DNA from: Parcubacteria group bacterium GW2011_GWC1_36_108
Lineage (GTDB): Bacteria > Patescibacteriota > Minisyncoccia > Moranbacterales > GWC2-37-73
Length of the DNA stretch: 64,000 nucleotides
Assembly: GCA_000991245.1 (NCBI GenBank)
Contig: LBRD01000002.1
Coordinates: 108,141-172,140 of the forward strand
Direction: 5' to 3'
The notes under the pieces: generated by a model
The model's database searches: none
Seen by the model: the letters and a program-made list of their open reading frames with translations, nothing else
What the model was told of the DNA's origin: nothing
Translations under genes and position numbers: made by a program
Part shown: one piece after another, positions 37,005 to 46,524 of the stretch
Layout: every line of letters starts with the position of its first letter
Position numbering within the stretch: the first letter of the stretch is position 1

Positions 37005-37076
37005 AGCGGGTAGGGGGAATCGAACCCCCCTCCTCAGCTTGGAAGGCTGATATAATAGCCACTATACGACACCCGC
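37005..37076 (-). tRNA. tRNA-Gly (anticodon TCC)
   Basis: GCGGGTGTCGTATAGTGGCTATTATATCAGCCTTCCAAGCTGAGGAGGGGGGTTCGATTCCCCCTACCCGCT; discriminator U. Confidence 0.8.
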
Positions 37077-37321
37077 CTTCGTCTCGTCATAGCTCGACTT
37101 CGGCGAGGTAAAACCCGCGAAGGAAAGCGACGGCGGAATTCGTTACACTTCGGCGGGCAAGCCCGCGCGACGCAACTCTTTTCGAACTCTTACTATTATA
37201 TATAAAAATAAAGTTTTGTCTAGGGCTGGTTGGTTGACATTTTTGTTTCTTTGCAATATACTCGGTAATTGAGTAATTTTAAAAAAGAATATTAAAATAT
37301 TTTCATAGGGAGGAATTACAG

Positions 37322-37843
37322 ATGAGCGATGAAAAAAGCCAAAAGGAATATGATTTTGAGGCGACACTTTTGTTTATTGTGGATAATAGGGAGGTTTTGT
37401 TGGCTCCGAAACTAGACAAGATCGGCAAAGACCGATGGAACGGTTCAGGAGGCAAGCCTAAACCGCAAGACAGTTCCCTTGAAGAATGTGTTGCCAGGGA
37501 AACCTGGGAGGAGCTATGGATCCTTGTTAGGAAAAAATATCTTGAAAAGGTTGCAGTTGGTTATTTTACCAATATACAGGAAGATGGTGGCAGTGTTATT
37601 TGGAAAGTTACTGTTTATATTATTGAGAAAAAATATTGCATCGGGACTCCTGCTTCGACAAAGGAAATGGGAAATCCACAGTGGTTTGATATGGACAATA
37701 TGCCATATATGATAGCAGCTGATTGTTTCTGGGTTCCGGAAATTTTCAAAGGCCGGAAAATTATTGTAAGGGCGACGATGAAAAACAATCAAAGTGAGCT
37801 GGTTGGCCCTGTTCAAATCGTTGACGTGGATTCATTCGAATAG
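37322..37843 (+). CDS. NUDIX hydrolase
   Basis: Nudix box GGKPKPQDSSLEECVARETWEELWI. Confidence 0.75.
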   Translation: MSDEKSQKEYDFEATLLFIVDNREVLLAPKLDKIGKDRWNGSGGKPKPQDSSLEECVARETWEELWILVRKKYLEKVAVGYFTNIQEDGGSVIWKVTVYIIEKKYCIGTPASTKEMGNPQWFDMDNMPYMIAADCFWVPEIFKGRKIIVRATMKNNQSELVGPVQIVDVDSFE

Positions 37844-37896
37844 ATATTAGTGGCAGTAAAAATACAAGCAGGACATTAAAAGGGAGGAAGTGAATT

Positions 37897-38181
37897 ATGT
37901 CGAAGAGAATTAGTGTTGGCTATGGAGAATCTCGGTTGGTTTATTTGAGAGGTGATGCTCCAATTGATCATGTTCCTGTTTCAGAAAAGCTTGGTGTTTC
38001 AGTCGAACAACTGAAAGATGGCTATCTTGTCAATGTAAGCAGGTGCAGAATTTATTATCGAAAAACCGGTATACAATTTTCACCCTCAGATTTAGTAACC
38101 TTTGGTTGGCCATTTGCTGACATTAAAAGTGTTCAAAAATCGGATGGCGAGGTTATCTGGGAAAATCCCATAATTGAGTAA
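37897..38181 (+). CDS. Hypothetical protein
   Basis: 94-aa ORF; no motif. Confidence 0.4.
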   Translation: MSKRISVGYGESRLVYLRGDAPIDHVPVSEKLGVSVEQLKDGYLVNVSRCRIYYRKTGIQFSPSDLVTFGWPFADIKSVQKSDGEVIWENPIIE

Positions 38182-38290
38182 AAAAGTAACAAAAAGTTCC
38201 ATACTGGGGTCTTGGCTGAATTAGCTGGGACCCTTTTTTCTTTTTTTGATTTATGTTAGGATATTTAAGTAATTTTTTAAGCAGCAATTT

Positions 38291-38803
38291 ATGGAAAATA
38301 AAAAAGTCTTAGTTATTTTAATTTTAGTGGTAGCAATCGTTTTGGGATATGTGCTTTTTGCTGGGAAATCAGCAAACGCTCCTGTGACAAAAACTGAAAC
38401 CGAAAAAGTAGCACCGCAAGAAACCAAGAAGGCAGCACAACCAACAACAGTTAATCAAGTTAATGAAAAAAAACCTATGGAATTGGAAATTAAAACAACT
38501 CAAGAAGGAACAGGTGATCGTGTGGTTAAATCGGGTGATAATATTTCTGTGCATTACACTGGAAAATTGACTGATGGAACCAAGTTTGATTCAAGTGTTG
38601 ATCGTGGAACTCCATTTGAATTTCAAATTGGACAAGGTATGGTGATTGCTGGTTGGGAACAGGGACTTTTGGGCATGAAAATTGGTGAAAAACGAACACT
38701 GACAATTCCTTCTGAAATGGGTTATGGAGCGCGAGGAGCAGGTGTGGCCATTCCACCAAACGCCACTCTTGTTTTTGATGTTGAGCTTATTTCGATAAAA
38801 TAG
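38291..38803 (+). CDS. FKBP-type peptidyl-prolyl cis-trans isomerase with N-terminal membrane anchor/signal
   Basis: [60 protein letters not shown]...[10 protein letters not shown]. Confidence 0.9.
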   Translation: MENKKVLVILILVVAIVLGYVLFAGKSANAPVTKTETEKVAPQETKKAAQPTTVNQVNEKKPMELEIKTTQEGTGDRVVKSGDNISVHYTGKLTDGTKFDSSVDRGTPFEFQIGQGMVIAGWEQGLLGMKIGEKRTLTIPSEMGYGARGAGVAIPPNATLVFDVELISIK

Positions 38804-38825
38804 CCGTTGAAACAAGTAAAAAATT

Positions 38826-38856
38826 TAAAAAATCTCCCTTTTTCGGGAGATTTTTT
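38826..38856 (+). terminator. Rho-independent terminator after the FKBP gene
   Basis: aaaaaatctccc-tttttc-gggagatttttt. Confidence 0.7.
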
Positions 38857-38986
38857 ATTTTGAAGAAATATTAATATATCTATAAGTTTAGATTATTGCG
38901 TATTTTTTAAATATGCTATATTATAGACAGTTTCAAAGATACTTTTGGTTCGAAATCTGGGCTGGTTTTTGTAAATATAAACAAGA

Positions 38987-40120
38987 ATGCTTTTTCAAGA
39001 GAAAAAAACAGAAACATCATACAAAAATAACAAAAATGATGTTATTTTATATCGCGATTTGAATAAAAGAGAGGAAATCGTTTCTCCTAGTTTTGCTGTG
39101 GAGAAAAAAAGGCATAAAAAGATTTTGAAAATATTTTTTATTGATCATTTTCATCTTCTTTTCAAATCAGCAGCTCTTAATCATTTGCGCATTCAAGAAT
39201 GCAAGAGCAAATCTAAGGTAGGAGATGTTTGCAATTTTAATTTCGATTCATATTCTCAGCTCAAGCGTTATCAGAAAAAAGTGCGTTTGTTTACCTTTAG
39301 CACCTCTTTTACCGCAGCATTAATTTTTGTTGCAGTGGCTAGTTTTCAGTTCCTCAATATCCAACAGGGGAAAAGTGCTACTTTCGGATGGCTTCAAACT
39401 GATTGGAGTGGTGGGATTGATGCGGTGGCAACCGCCATTCATACATCTAACCAAAATGGTTGGATCAAGTTTTTTTCTAAAGATGATGATGTGGATACAA
39501 GTAGCGGAGAAATAAAAATTTCCAGTACAACTGATTCTTTTGTGACAACTTCAGACACTGATTTTAATGCTTTTGCAAAAACACAATCTTTTGTTAGTGG
39601 CGCAGGATCAGCCGGAACTATATATGCTCAAAAACCCGATGGTGGTTCTTGTACGACAAACACTGAGTGTGTAAATAATTGGTGCAATGTTAATGTTTGT
39701 GCAAATCCTTGGACTGTTGGACCTTGCGCTGGATTCGCAGTGTATAAAGAAGATAGTGGCGATCCAGCACATCCTGGTACTTGGCAATGGAAAACATCCG
39801 ACACTGACTGTGCTGCCCCCCAATGTCTGCCAGTTGATGGATTTGATGGTTTGGTTGCCGATAATAATGTTGATTTCTCTCTTTATCCTTCGCGAAATGC
39901 ATGCAAAGCAATTGGGGGCAGGTTACCAACTAGAAATGAACTTTTGTGTATCTATAGTAATAAGGCTAGTTATGGCATGGCTAGTGCAACAGGATTGTAT
40001 AATACTTCCCAGGAAGCTGCTGTCAATAAGATTTTAACTGTAAGATTTAGCGATGGTTTTTCAAATGTTGCAGGCGCCTGGTATAAAACTAGTTGGTGGT
40101 TAAATAGATGTGTAAAATAA
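38987..40120 (+). CDS. Membrane-anchored Cys-rich protein with C-terminal DUF1566 (Lcl C-terminal) domain
   Basis: TM segment FTFSTSFTAALIFVAVASF; C-terminal ACKAIGGRLPTRNELLCIY (RLPT..EL DUF1566 signature). Confidence 0.55.
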   Translation: MLFQEKKTETSYKNNKNDVILYRDLNKREEIVSPSFAVEKKRHKKILKIFFIDHFHLLFKSAALNHLRIQECKSKSKVGDVCNFNFDSYSQLKRYQKKVRLFTFSTSFTAALIFVAVASFQFLNIQQGKSATFGWLQTDWSGGIDAVATAIHTSNQNGWIKFFSKDDDVDTSSGEIKISSTTDSFVTTSDTDFNAFAKTQSFVSGAGSAGTIYAQKPDGGSCTTNTECVNNWCNVNVCANPWTVGPCAGFAVYKEDSGDPAHPGTWQWKTSDTDCAAPQCLPVDGFDGLVADNNVDFSLYPSRNACKAIGGRLPTRNELLCIYSNKASYGMASATGLYNTSQEAAVNKILTVRFSDGFSNVAGAWYKTSWWLNRCVK

Positions 40121-40131
40121 AAGTTTCGTAA

Positions 40132-43100
40132 ATGTCTTTGAAAAACAAATTAAAATTAAAATTGTTTTTGTCTACAGTATTTTTTTGTGGAGCTCTTTTT
40201 ATTTTTTCCGCTGAAGATGCTAGCGCATATACATATTCTGCAAGTGCAATTTCTCCTGTGAAAGAATATGCCACGCAAGTTTCTTTTGATACAATAACTT
40301 GGACCGAAGTTTCTTCAATTACCGGTGTTAGCCCTCGACCTGCAAATTCATTAATAATAATGGAGGTGAAAGCGGGAGATGTTGCTGCTCCCGATGGAAC
40401 ATGGACTAACGGTGGAAATTGGACAGCTGTGACAAACGGTCAAAGTTTGTCTTTTCTTGGAGGTAAAAAGTATCTTCAATACCAGGTCGTTTTCTCTTAT
40501 GATGATCTAAGTAATATGCCTGGCGTTTCCGATGTGACGATTACAGATACTGTTTATTCAAAAAATCAAACTAGACTAACATCAATTAATCTTTCTTCTT
40601 CCTCCGAGGTTGATTTTGTACAAGAAAACGCTGCTGATGGGACTGACTTTATGGCAAACGCGGCTATATTACATTCATCATCACCGTCACCTTTTTTTGC
40701 TACAGGTGGATCAGTAACTATTGTTGATGGATATAAGATTCATACTTTTTTATCTAACGATAATTTTGTTCCAAATATGGCAGGAGAAGTTGAATATCTG
40801 GTTGTTGCTGGTGGTGGTTCAGGTAGGCAAGGTGGTGGTGGTGCTGGAGGGTTTAGGACCGGTACCGGTTATGGAGTATCAGCTCAAAACTATAGTGTAA
40901 TAGTTGGTGCTGGCGGAGTAGATAGTAATGGTGGAAATTCTGTATTTAGTGGTATAACATCTATCGGTGGTGGTCGAGGAGGACATTCATATAGTATTTC
41001 AGCTTCAAGTGGTGGTTCTGGTGGAGGTGGAGGTTCTTATCAAAATCAAAATGGTGGTGTTGGTGTAATTGATCAGGGTAATAAAGGTGGTGATACAAAT
41101 TGTGGTACCTCTTTTTTTGCTGCTGGCGGTGGAGGTGCAAATACTGCTGGCATAAGTGGTTGTGCTTATGCTTTAGGTATAGGTGGAGATGGTAAAGCAA
41201 GTTCAATAACAGGTTCAACTGTTTATTATGCAGGTGGAGGTGGTGGTGGAACAAGTACTGCTGGTGGTGCTGCTGGTGGTGTTGGGGGAGGAGGTAGAAG
41301 TGGCTATAGTGGTGTTGCTGCTGTTGCAGGAACACCTAATACTGGTGGAGGTGGTGGAGGAGATTTGTGGACAAATTATGCTCCAGGTGGTTCCGGCATT
41401 GTTGTTTTAAAATATCCAGCACCTATTTATACAGAAAATCAAGCTTATTATTTAACAACATCTTCAACCTCACAAAAAAATACTTCAACATGGAAGCATA
41501 TTAGGAATGTTACATTAGAGCAAGATACGCCAATTAACACAACTCTTAAATATTTAGTATCTTTCAATAATCGTACAACTTGGAAATATTGGAATGGCAG
41601 TACTTGGCTCACTTCTGATTTAACAGATTTGGAAACAAATGGGATGAGCAAGGCAACGCTGGAGAGCATTACGGAGTCTCAATGGGAAGAAACAGGTGGG
41701 TTTACTAGAACTGCTGATGGAAAATTGGATTTTGCAATTAGTCTAAAAACAACTGACACTACGGCAACCCCATTGCTTAGTAATATAAATATTGAGTATG
41801 AATTGTTCCCATTGAGCTTACTTTCCAGTCCATATAATACTGGCGCTTCAGATAATCTGTTGGCAGAAATAAAATGGAATGAAAATGTTCCAGAGGGTGC
41901 AAATGTTAAATTTCAGATGCGCAGTGCTCCTGACAATGCTGGTTCTCCAAATTGGGCAGCTGGTAGTGGTTGGTGCGGGCCTGTAAATTGCGCTGTCACA
42001 ACAAATGATATTGATTATGCAGTTGATTTTTATGAAACAACGCCTACGGGAGAAACCGCAAATCCAATTCATATAACAGGAAGCAATGATCAATGGATTC
42101 AATATATAGTTTGGTTGGAAAATAGTACTACAGCAGTTACTCCTATTCTTTCTGGTGTCACATTGACTTATGTTGTTAATTCTCCACCACAAGTGCAAAA
42201 TGTGAGCGCAATTCAAAATTCTAATGGTACGGTTGCGGTGGCTTATGAAATAAAAGACCCAGATACCACCACTGGTATTCTGGATGGTTTTTTAGATGCA
42301 TCGCTTGAATATTGCACTGTATCTTGCGACACTCCGGGAAGCGAAACATGGGTTAATGCTAACGCGTTATCCGGCGACTGGGGATTGGTTGCAGCTCAGG
42401 AAGAAAGTTTTACTGCTCATTCCGTTATTTGGACACCAAAAACAGATTATCCAAATCAGTATAATGCTAATATGAAAGTGCGCATTAGATTAGATGACAA
42501 TGAGGCTGCTAATAATGTGACTTATGGCGCGTCTAATAATTTTAGCTTAGATGTTAAAAATCCAACCAATGTTGGTGTAGTTATCGATCACACTAAATCA
42601 TCAAATAATTTAACACTCACAACTCCGGCGGATGATTCTACTTATCAAATTGCATATTCCAATTATTCAGACTTTAGAGATGCATCTTTTGAGGCTTTTC
42701 CGGGAGATAATAAAAAAACATACAACAATTTAACTGCTGATCCTGCTACCGTTTATATTCGAGTAAAAGATGAAAAAAATAATTATACTGATATTAGCGC
42801 TACTACACCAGCGCAACCAAGTCATATTGTGTATTATGACACTTCTAACGAAGCTTCAGGCGAATATCGTGAATTTATTGCTTGGGATGTTGTATCAGAA
42901 GAACAGGTTGGCTCTGGATTTGCTAGCTATGACATCTATCGCGCAGATAGATTGGAATCCGATGGAACTGCTGTTCCAAGCTATACTTTTCTTGATTCTG
43001 TTGTTGATCGCAACACTAACTTTTTTACTGATTTGAATTTAGATAACAGTAAACATTATTATTATAAAATTTTTATTAAAGATACAGCTGGAAATATCTC

Positions 43101-45636
43101 TCAATATTCATCAGTAGTTGATGATAATCCAAATGGTCAAGGAGGATCTGATCAAACGGCGCCAACCTTGTCCAATGTAAATGTTTCCAATATTAATACT
43201 ACTAGCGCAACCATAACCTGGAATACCGATGAACTTTCAGACTCTAGTGTTGGTTATAGTGAAAATAGTACATATTTACCTGAAAGAGGGTTAGCTTCCA
43301 TGGTGACGGCTCATGAAATCGTGCTTACCAATCTTGTTCCAGGAACGACTTATAATATTCGTGTTAAATCTCACGATAGTGTTGGTAATCTTGGACAGAA
43401 TGATAAAGATAACCCAGGAGCGACTCCTATTGAAAATTTTACTTTTGAAACGTTGCCTGGACCGGCAATTTCTGGAGTTACAATTCCAAATATTTCAAAT
43501 AATCAAGCTACAATAGATTGGAAAACCAGCACTGATTCTTCCGGGTATGTCGTTTATTCGGATACTGTTTCTGATGGAGCGCTTGTGAACCCTAAAGAAT
43601 TTGGAACGCCTGAACTTGTGGGAAGTCCTGTTGATGGAAAATATTCTCATTCTCAAACCATAACAACCTACAATGATCTACCATTGGTGCCAAACACTAG
43701 ATATTATTTTTACGTGAAATCTGTTGATGGAGACAGTAATATTTCCATCGATAATAATGCCGGTATGTTTTATGAACTGCTTACAACAGAAGATAATGAT
43801 CCTCCAATTATATCTGATATTGAAACTCCATTGATAACAAAAGATGGAACTATTGTTTCTTGGACGACTAATGAGCCTGCAACAAGCAAAGTTTCTTATT
43901 CAACTGTTGATGGTGGTCCATATAGCAGTGTGGTGGAGGTTTTGACCTATGATCGTAGCCACTATGTTATCTTGGGAGATCTTGATCCAGACAAGGATTA
44001 TTATTTCGAGGTCACTTCTCAGGATATTAATGCAAATTCAAAGACTAGCGATGAGCAGGAAACATTTAAAACTTTAAAAGATCTTGAGTTTCAACATGAA
44101 CCATTAGCTGCTATTTCGTTTAATGATCCTAACCCTTCTATGATTACCGATACGGTAGCGGTTATTTCATTTAATAGTGATCAAAACGCTAATTGTTTTG
44201 TTGAATATGGGACTGAGTCCGGAAATCTTAACGCAGTACCCTCCAAAGAAGGAGACGATATTTTTAACAGAGGACATAATATCCAGCTTAATGGCTTAAT
44301 TTTTCTAACAAAATATTATTATAAAGTTACTTGTGAGGATAATTTGGAAAACGTAATTTCTTCCAGTGAAAAAGATTTTACAACTAAAGAAAAGAATTAT
44401 ACAGCAACTAGTATAGGAGAATTAATCGATTCGACCTCTCCAACAATTTCCAATATTAAAATCGCGGACATTAATGGCGAAAGCGCTACAATAAGCTGGG
44501 ATACGGATGAAAAAGGAAATAGTACAGTAAGATACGGAATTTCAGATGTTTCTGAGGTTGCTGCCAGTGACAGTATTGTTAATAGTGATAAGGGTAAATA
44601 TGCAACCGCCCACTCCGTTGTTCTTAGTGGACTTATTCCAGCCACAAGATATGTTTTCATTGTTTCTTCTATTGATATTGCTGGAAACATCGCTCAATCA
44701 TCGCAAGATAATTTTACAACATCATCACCCTCCTCGATTTCGTTTATAAAAGCACAATCAAAAGAATTAGGGCAGGCAACAATTAGCTGGAAAACAAATG
44801 CTGAAACAACCTCAACCGTGGAATATGGTTTGTCTACGAGTTATGGTGAGAAAAAAGAATCTACATCGTTTACAACCGAGCATTCCTTAAATCTCTCAGG
44901 CCTTAATCAAGGTAATACTTATCATTTTAGAGTTAAGGGCAAAGATAAAGATGGAAAATTTTATGCATCTTCTGATCAAACATTTGATCCTAAATCTCCT
45001 CCGATAATTGAAAATATAGTTGTTGATGAAATAACCGAACATGGCGCAGTCGTTTCTTTCACTACTAATGTTCCTACTGATGCTACGGTGGCTTTTCAAG
45101 ATGTTCAAAACGGTGATAATTCAGGAACCCAGGGAGACCCTGATCTCACAATTGATCACAGAATAAAGCTTATTGGATTAAATTCGGGAACAACGTATAA
45201 AACGACACTTAGTGTTAGAGATGAACAGGGAACGCAATCAGTTCAAGTTGCTAAAGATATAATCACTATTAGGGATGAAAATCCTCCAAAAATAGAGAAT
45301 GTCAAAACTGATAGCGCGCTTACTCAATCAGATAAGGTGCAAGCAATTATTTCTTGGAAGACTGACGAACAGGCAACCTCAAGTATTTTGTATAAAGAAG
45401 GTAGAAATGGCGAAGAAAAAGAAATTAAGATTACTGATAATTTGACCGTTGGCCATATAGGAGTAGTTACAATTTTCAAACCAGGAACGGTATATAATTT
45501 CAAAGTTAAATCAATAGATGCTAGCGGCAATCAGGGAATTTCAAGTGATTTTGCACTGCTTACACCAAAAAAGAGAGAAAATATTATTCAAATTATCATA
45601 GCTAACTTCGTGGATATCTTTGGATGGGCAAGGTAA
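40132..45636 (+). CDS. Giant cell-surface protein (1834 aa): signal peptide, glycine-rich (GGX)n region, about 10 fibronectin type III domains
   Basis: Signal peptide ...FSAEDASA; GGGSGRQGGGGAGG... low complexity; repeated FN3 units (TAPTLSNVNVSNINTTSATITWNTDE...YNIRVKSHDSVGN). Confidence 0.8.
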   Translation: MSLKNKLKLKLFLSTVFFCGALFIFSAEDASAYTYSASAISPVKEYATQVSFDTITWTEVSSITGVSPRPANSLIIMEVKAGDVAAPDGTWTNGGNWTAVTNGQSLSFLGGKKYLQYQVVFSYDDLSNMPGVSDVTITDTVYSKNQTRLTSINLSSSSEVDFVQENAADGTDFMANAAILHSSSPSPFFATGGSVTIVDGYKIHTFLSNDNFVPNMAGEVEYLVVAGGGSGRQGGGGAGGFRTGTGYGVSAQNYSVIVGAGGVDSNGGNSVFSGITSIGGGRGGHSYSISASSGGSGGGGGSYQNQNGGVGVIDQGNKGGDTNCGTSFFAAGGGGANTAGISGCAYALGIGGDGKASSITGSTVYYAGGGGGGTSTAGGAAGGVGGGGRSGYSGVAAVAGTPNTGGGGGGDLWTNYAPGGSGIVVLKYPAPIYTENQAYYLTTSSTSQKNTSTWKHIRNVTLEQDTPINTTLKYLVSFNNRTTWKYWNGSTWLTSDLTDLETNGMSKATLESITESQWEETGGFTRTADGKLDFAISLKTTDTTATPLLSNINIEYELFPLSLLSSPYNTGASDNLLAEIKWNENVPEGANVKFQMRSAPDNAGSPNWAAGSGWCGPVNCAVTTNDIDYAVDFYETTPTGETANPIHITGSNDQWIQYIVWLENSTTAVTPILSGVTLTYVVNSPPQVQNVSAIQNSNGTVAVAYEIKDPDTTTGILDGFLDASLEYCTVSCDTPGSETWVNANALSGDWGLVAAQEESFTAHSVIWTPKTDYPNQYNANMKVRIRLDDNEAANNVTYGASNNFSLDVKNPTNVGVVIDHTKSSNNLTLTTPADDSTYQIAYSNYSDFRDASFEAFPGDNKKTYNNLTADPATVYIRVKDEKNNYTDISATTPAQPSHIVYYDTSNEASGEYREFIAWDVVSEEQVGSGFASYDIYRADRLESDGTAVPSYTFLDSVVDRNTNFFTDLNLDNSKHYYYKIFIKDTAGNISQYSSVVDDNPNGQGGSDQTAPTLSNVNVSNINTTSATITWNTDELSDSSVGYSENSTYLPERGLASMVTAHEIVLTNLVPGTTYNIRVKSHDSVGNLGQNDKDNPGATPIENFTFETLPGPAISGVTIPNISNNQATIDWKTSTDSSGYVVYSDTVSDGALVNPKEFGTPELVGSPVDGKYSHSQTITTYNDLPLVPNTRYYFYVKSVDGDSNISIDNNAGMFYELLTTEDNDPPIISDIETPLITKDGTIVSWTTNEPATSKVSYSTVDGGPYSSVVEVLTYDRSHYVILGDLDPDKDYYFEVTSQDINANSKTSDEQETFKTLKDLEFQHEPLAAISFNDPNPSMITDTVAVISFNSDQNANCFVEYGTESGNLNAVPSKEGDDIFNRGHNIQLNGLIFLTKYYYKVTCEDNLENVISSSEKDFTTKEKNYTATSIGELIDSTSPTISNIKIADINGESATISWDTDEKGNSTVRYGISDVSEVAASDSIVNSDKGKYATAHSVVLSGLIPATRYVFIVSSIDIAGNIAQSSQDNFTTSSPSSISFIKAQSKELGQATISWKTNAETTSTVEYGLSTSYGEKKESTSFTTEHSLNLSGLNQGNTYHFRVKGKDKDGKFYASSDQTFDPKSPPIIENIVVDEITEHGAVVSFTTNVPTDATVAFQDVQNGDNSGTQGDPDLTIDHRIKLIGLNSGTTYKTTLSVRDEQGTQSVQVAKDIITIRDENPPKIENVKTDSALTQSDKVQAIISWKTDEQATSSILYKEGRNGEEKEIKITDNLTVGHIGVVTIFKPGTVYNFKVKSIDASGNQGISSDFALLTPKKRENIIQIIIANFVDIFGWAR

Positions 45637-45658
45637 TTTGAAAATAAAAACATAAACA

Positions 45659-45687
45659 AAAAATTCTCATTAGTTTGAGAATTTTTT
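45659..45687 (+). terminator. Rho-independent terminator after the giant surface protein gene
   Basis: aaaattctca-ttagtt-tgagaatttt plus T-run. Confidence 0.7.
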
Positions 45688-45773
45688 GTTGTTTATTAAC
45701 ACCTACCACCCCTTTTTTATTTTTTAAGATCGTGTATAATATTTAAGTAATATTTTATTGTCGAAACATTTAT

Positions 45774-46121
45774 ATGCAAATTATTGATCAAGAAGTTAAG
45801 AAAACACAGGAGATTTTTAAGGTTCTGGAATTGGCGCCAGCGCAGACAAAGGAACACATTGAAAAAATAAAAAATGCATTGTTGATGGATATGGTCGCGG
45901 AAGCTTTTGCAGAAAAAGGTCAAATGATGGAAGATGCAAGTTTTACGCAAGACGACATCGAAGATTTTTTAACTGATAATTATGAAGAAGGAGAAGTTGC
46001 AGAAATTTTAAGCAGGGTTTCACGCGATGTGATTGTGGAATATTTTTCAAAAATATTAAAAGGTGCTGCTGAGGATAGAATTGAAAAAGTAAATGAAATT
46101 TTGACGGCAAAGTTTGAATAA
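45774..46121 (+). CDS. Hypothetical acidic protein
   Basis: 115-aa ORF. Confidence 0.45.
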   Translation: MQIIDQEVKKTQEIFKVLELAPAQTKEHIEKIKNALLMDMVAEAFAEKGQMMEDASFTQDDIEDFLTDNYEEGEVAEILSRVSRDVIVEYFSKILKGAAEDRIEKVNEILTAKFE

Positions 46122-46190
46122 TATTTTGCTTTGCCATTTTTGAAAAAGGTGTATACTGGGTGGGTATTTAAATACTTATTTAAAAAATAT

Positions 46191-46277
46191 ATGTTATATA
46201 ATAAAACTTGCCTTGCAAATGTTGAGCCAGATGAAGATGATGACGACGATGAGGATTGCGGCGATTTTGGTTGCTAA
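46191..46277 (+). CDS. Small ORF: 28-aa acidic Cys-containing peptide (MLYNKTCLANVEPDEDDDDDEDCGDFGC)
   Basis: ATG 46191, stop 46275-46277, followed at 46293-46325 by hairpin terminator aaaaatggtcacat-tgcg-atgtgaccattttt. Below the ORF-track size cutoff. Confidence 0.3.
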   Translation: MLYNKTCLANVEPDEDDDDDEDCGDFGC

Positions 46278-46338
46278 GAAAAAATACAAATAAAAAATGG
46301 TCACATTGCGATGTGACCATTTTTGTTTGTGTATGACT

Positions 46339-46497
46339 TTATACTGTTGACCCGTATGGCTTTTCATCACCGGTCGTTTCGCTGGCTTTTTGCATTAACT
46401 TGAGAAGCCTATCTAGATTTTTCTTAGCTTGTTTTGAAAGTTTTTGTAACTCCTCAAGTTGCTGCTCTTTGGATAATTGTACGGGTATGATTTTCAT
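46339..46497 (-). CDS. Small ORF (52 aa) downstream of 46525..47112
   Basis: MKIIPVQLSKEQQLEELQKLSKQAKKNLDRLLKLMQKASETTGDEKPYGSTV; coiled-coil-like. Confidence 0.3.
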   Translation of the reverse strand: MKIIPVQLSKEQQLEELQKLSKQAKKNLDRLLKLMQKASETTGDEKPYGSTV

Positions 46498-46524
46498 GGG
46501 CGATCAACTCCTTTCAATTTCTGA

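Noticed and set aside
37143-37367. ORF 37143..37367 (-) upstream of tRNA-Gly
   Set aside because: Runs through the GC-rich leader and AT-rich promoter region with low-complexity translation. More likely non-coding (tRNA leader or promoter of the NUDIX gene).
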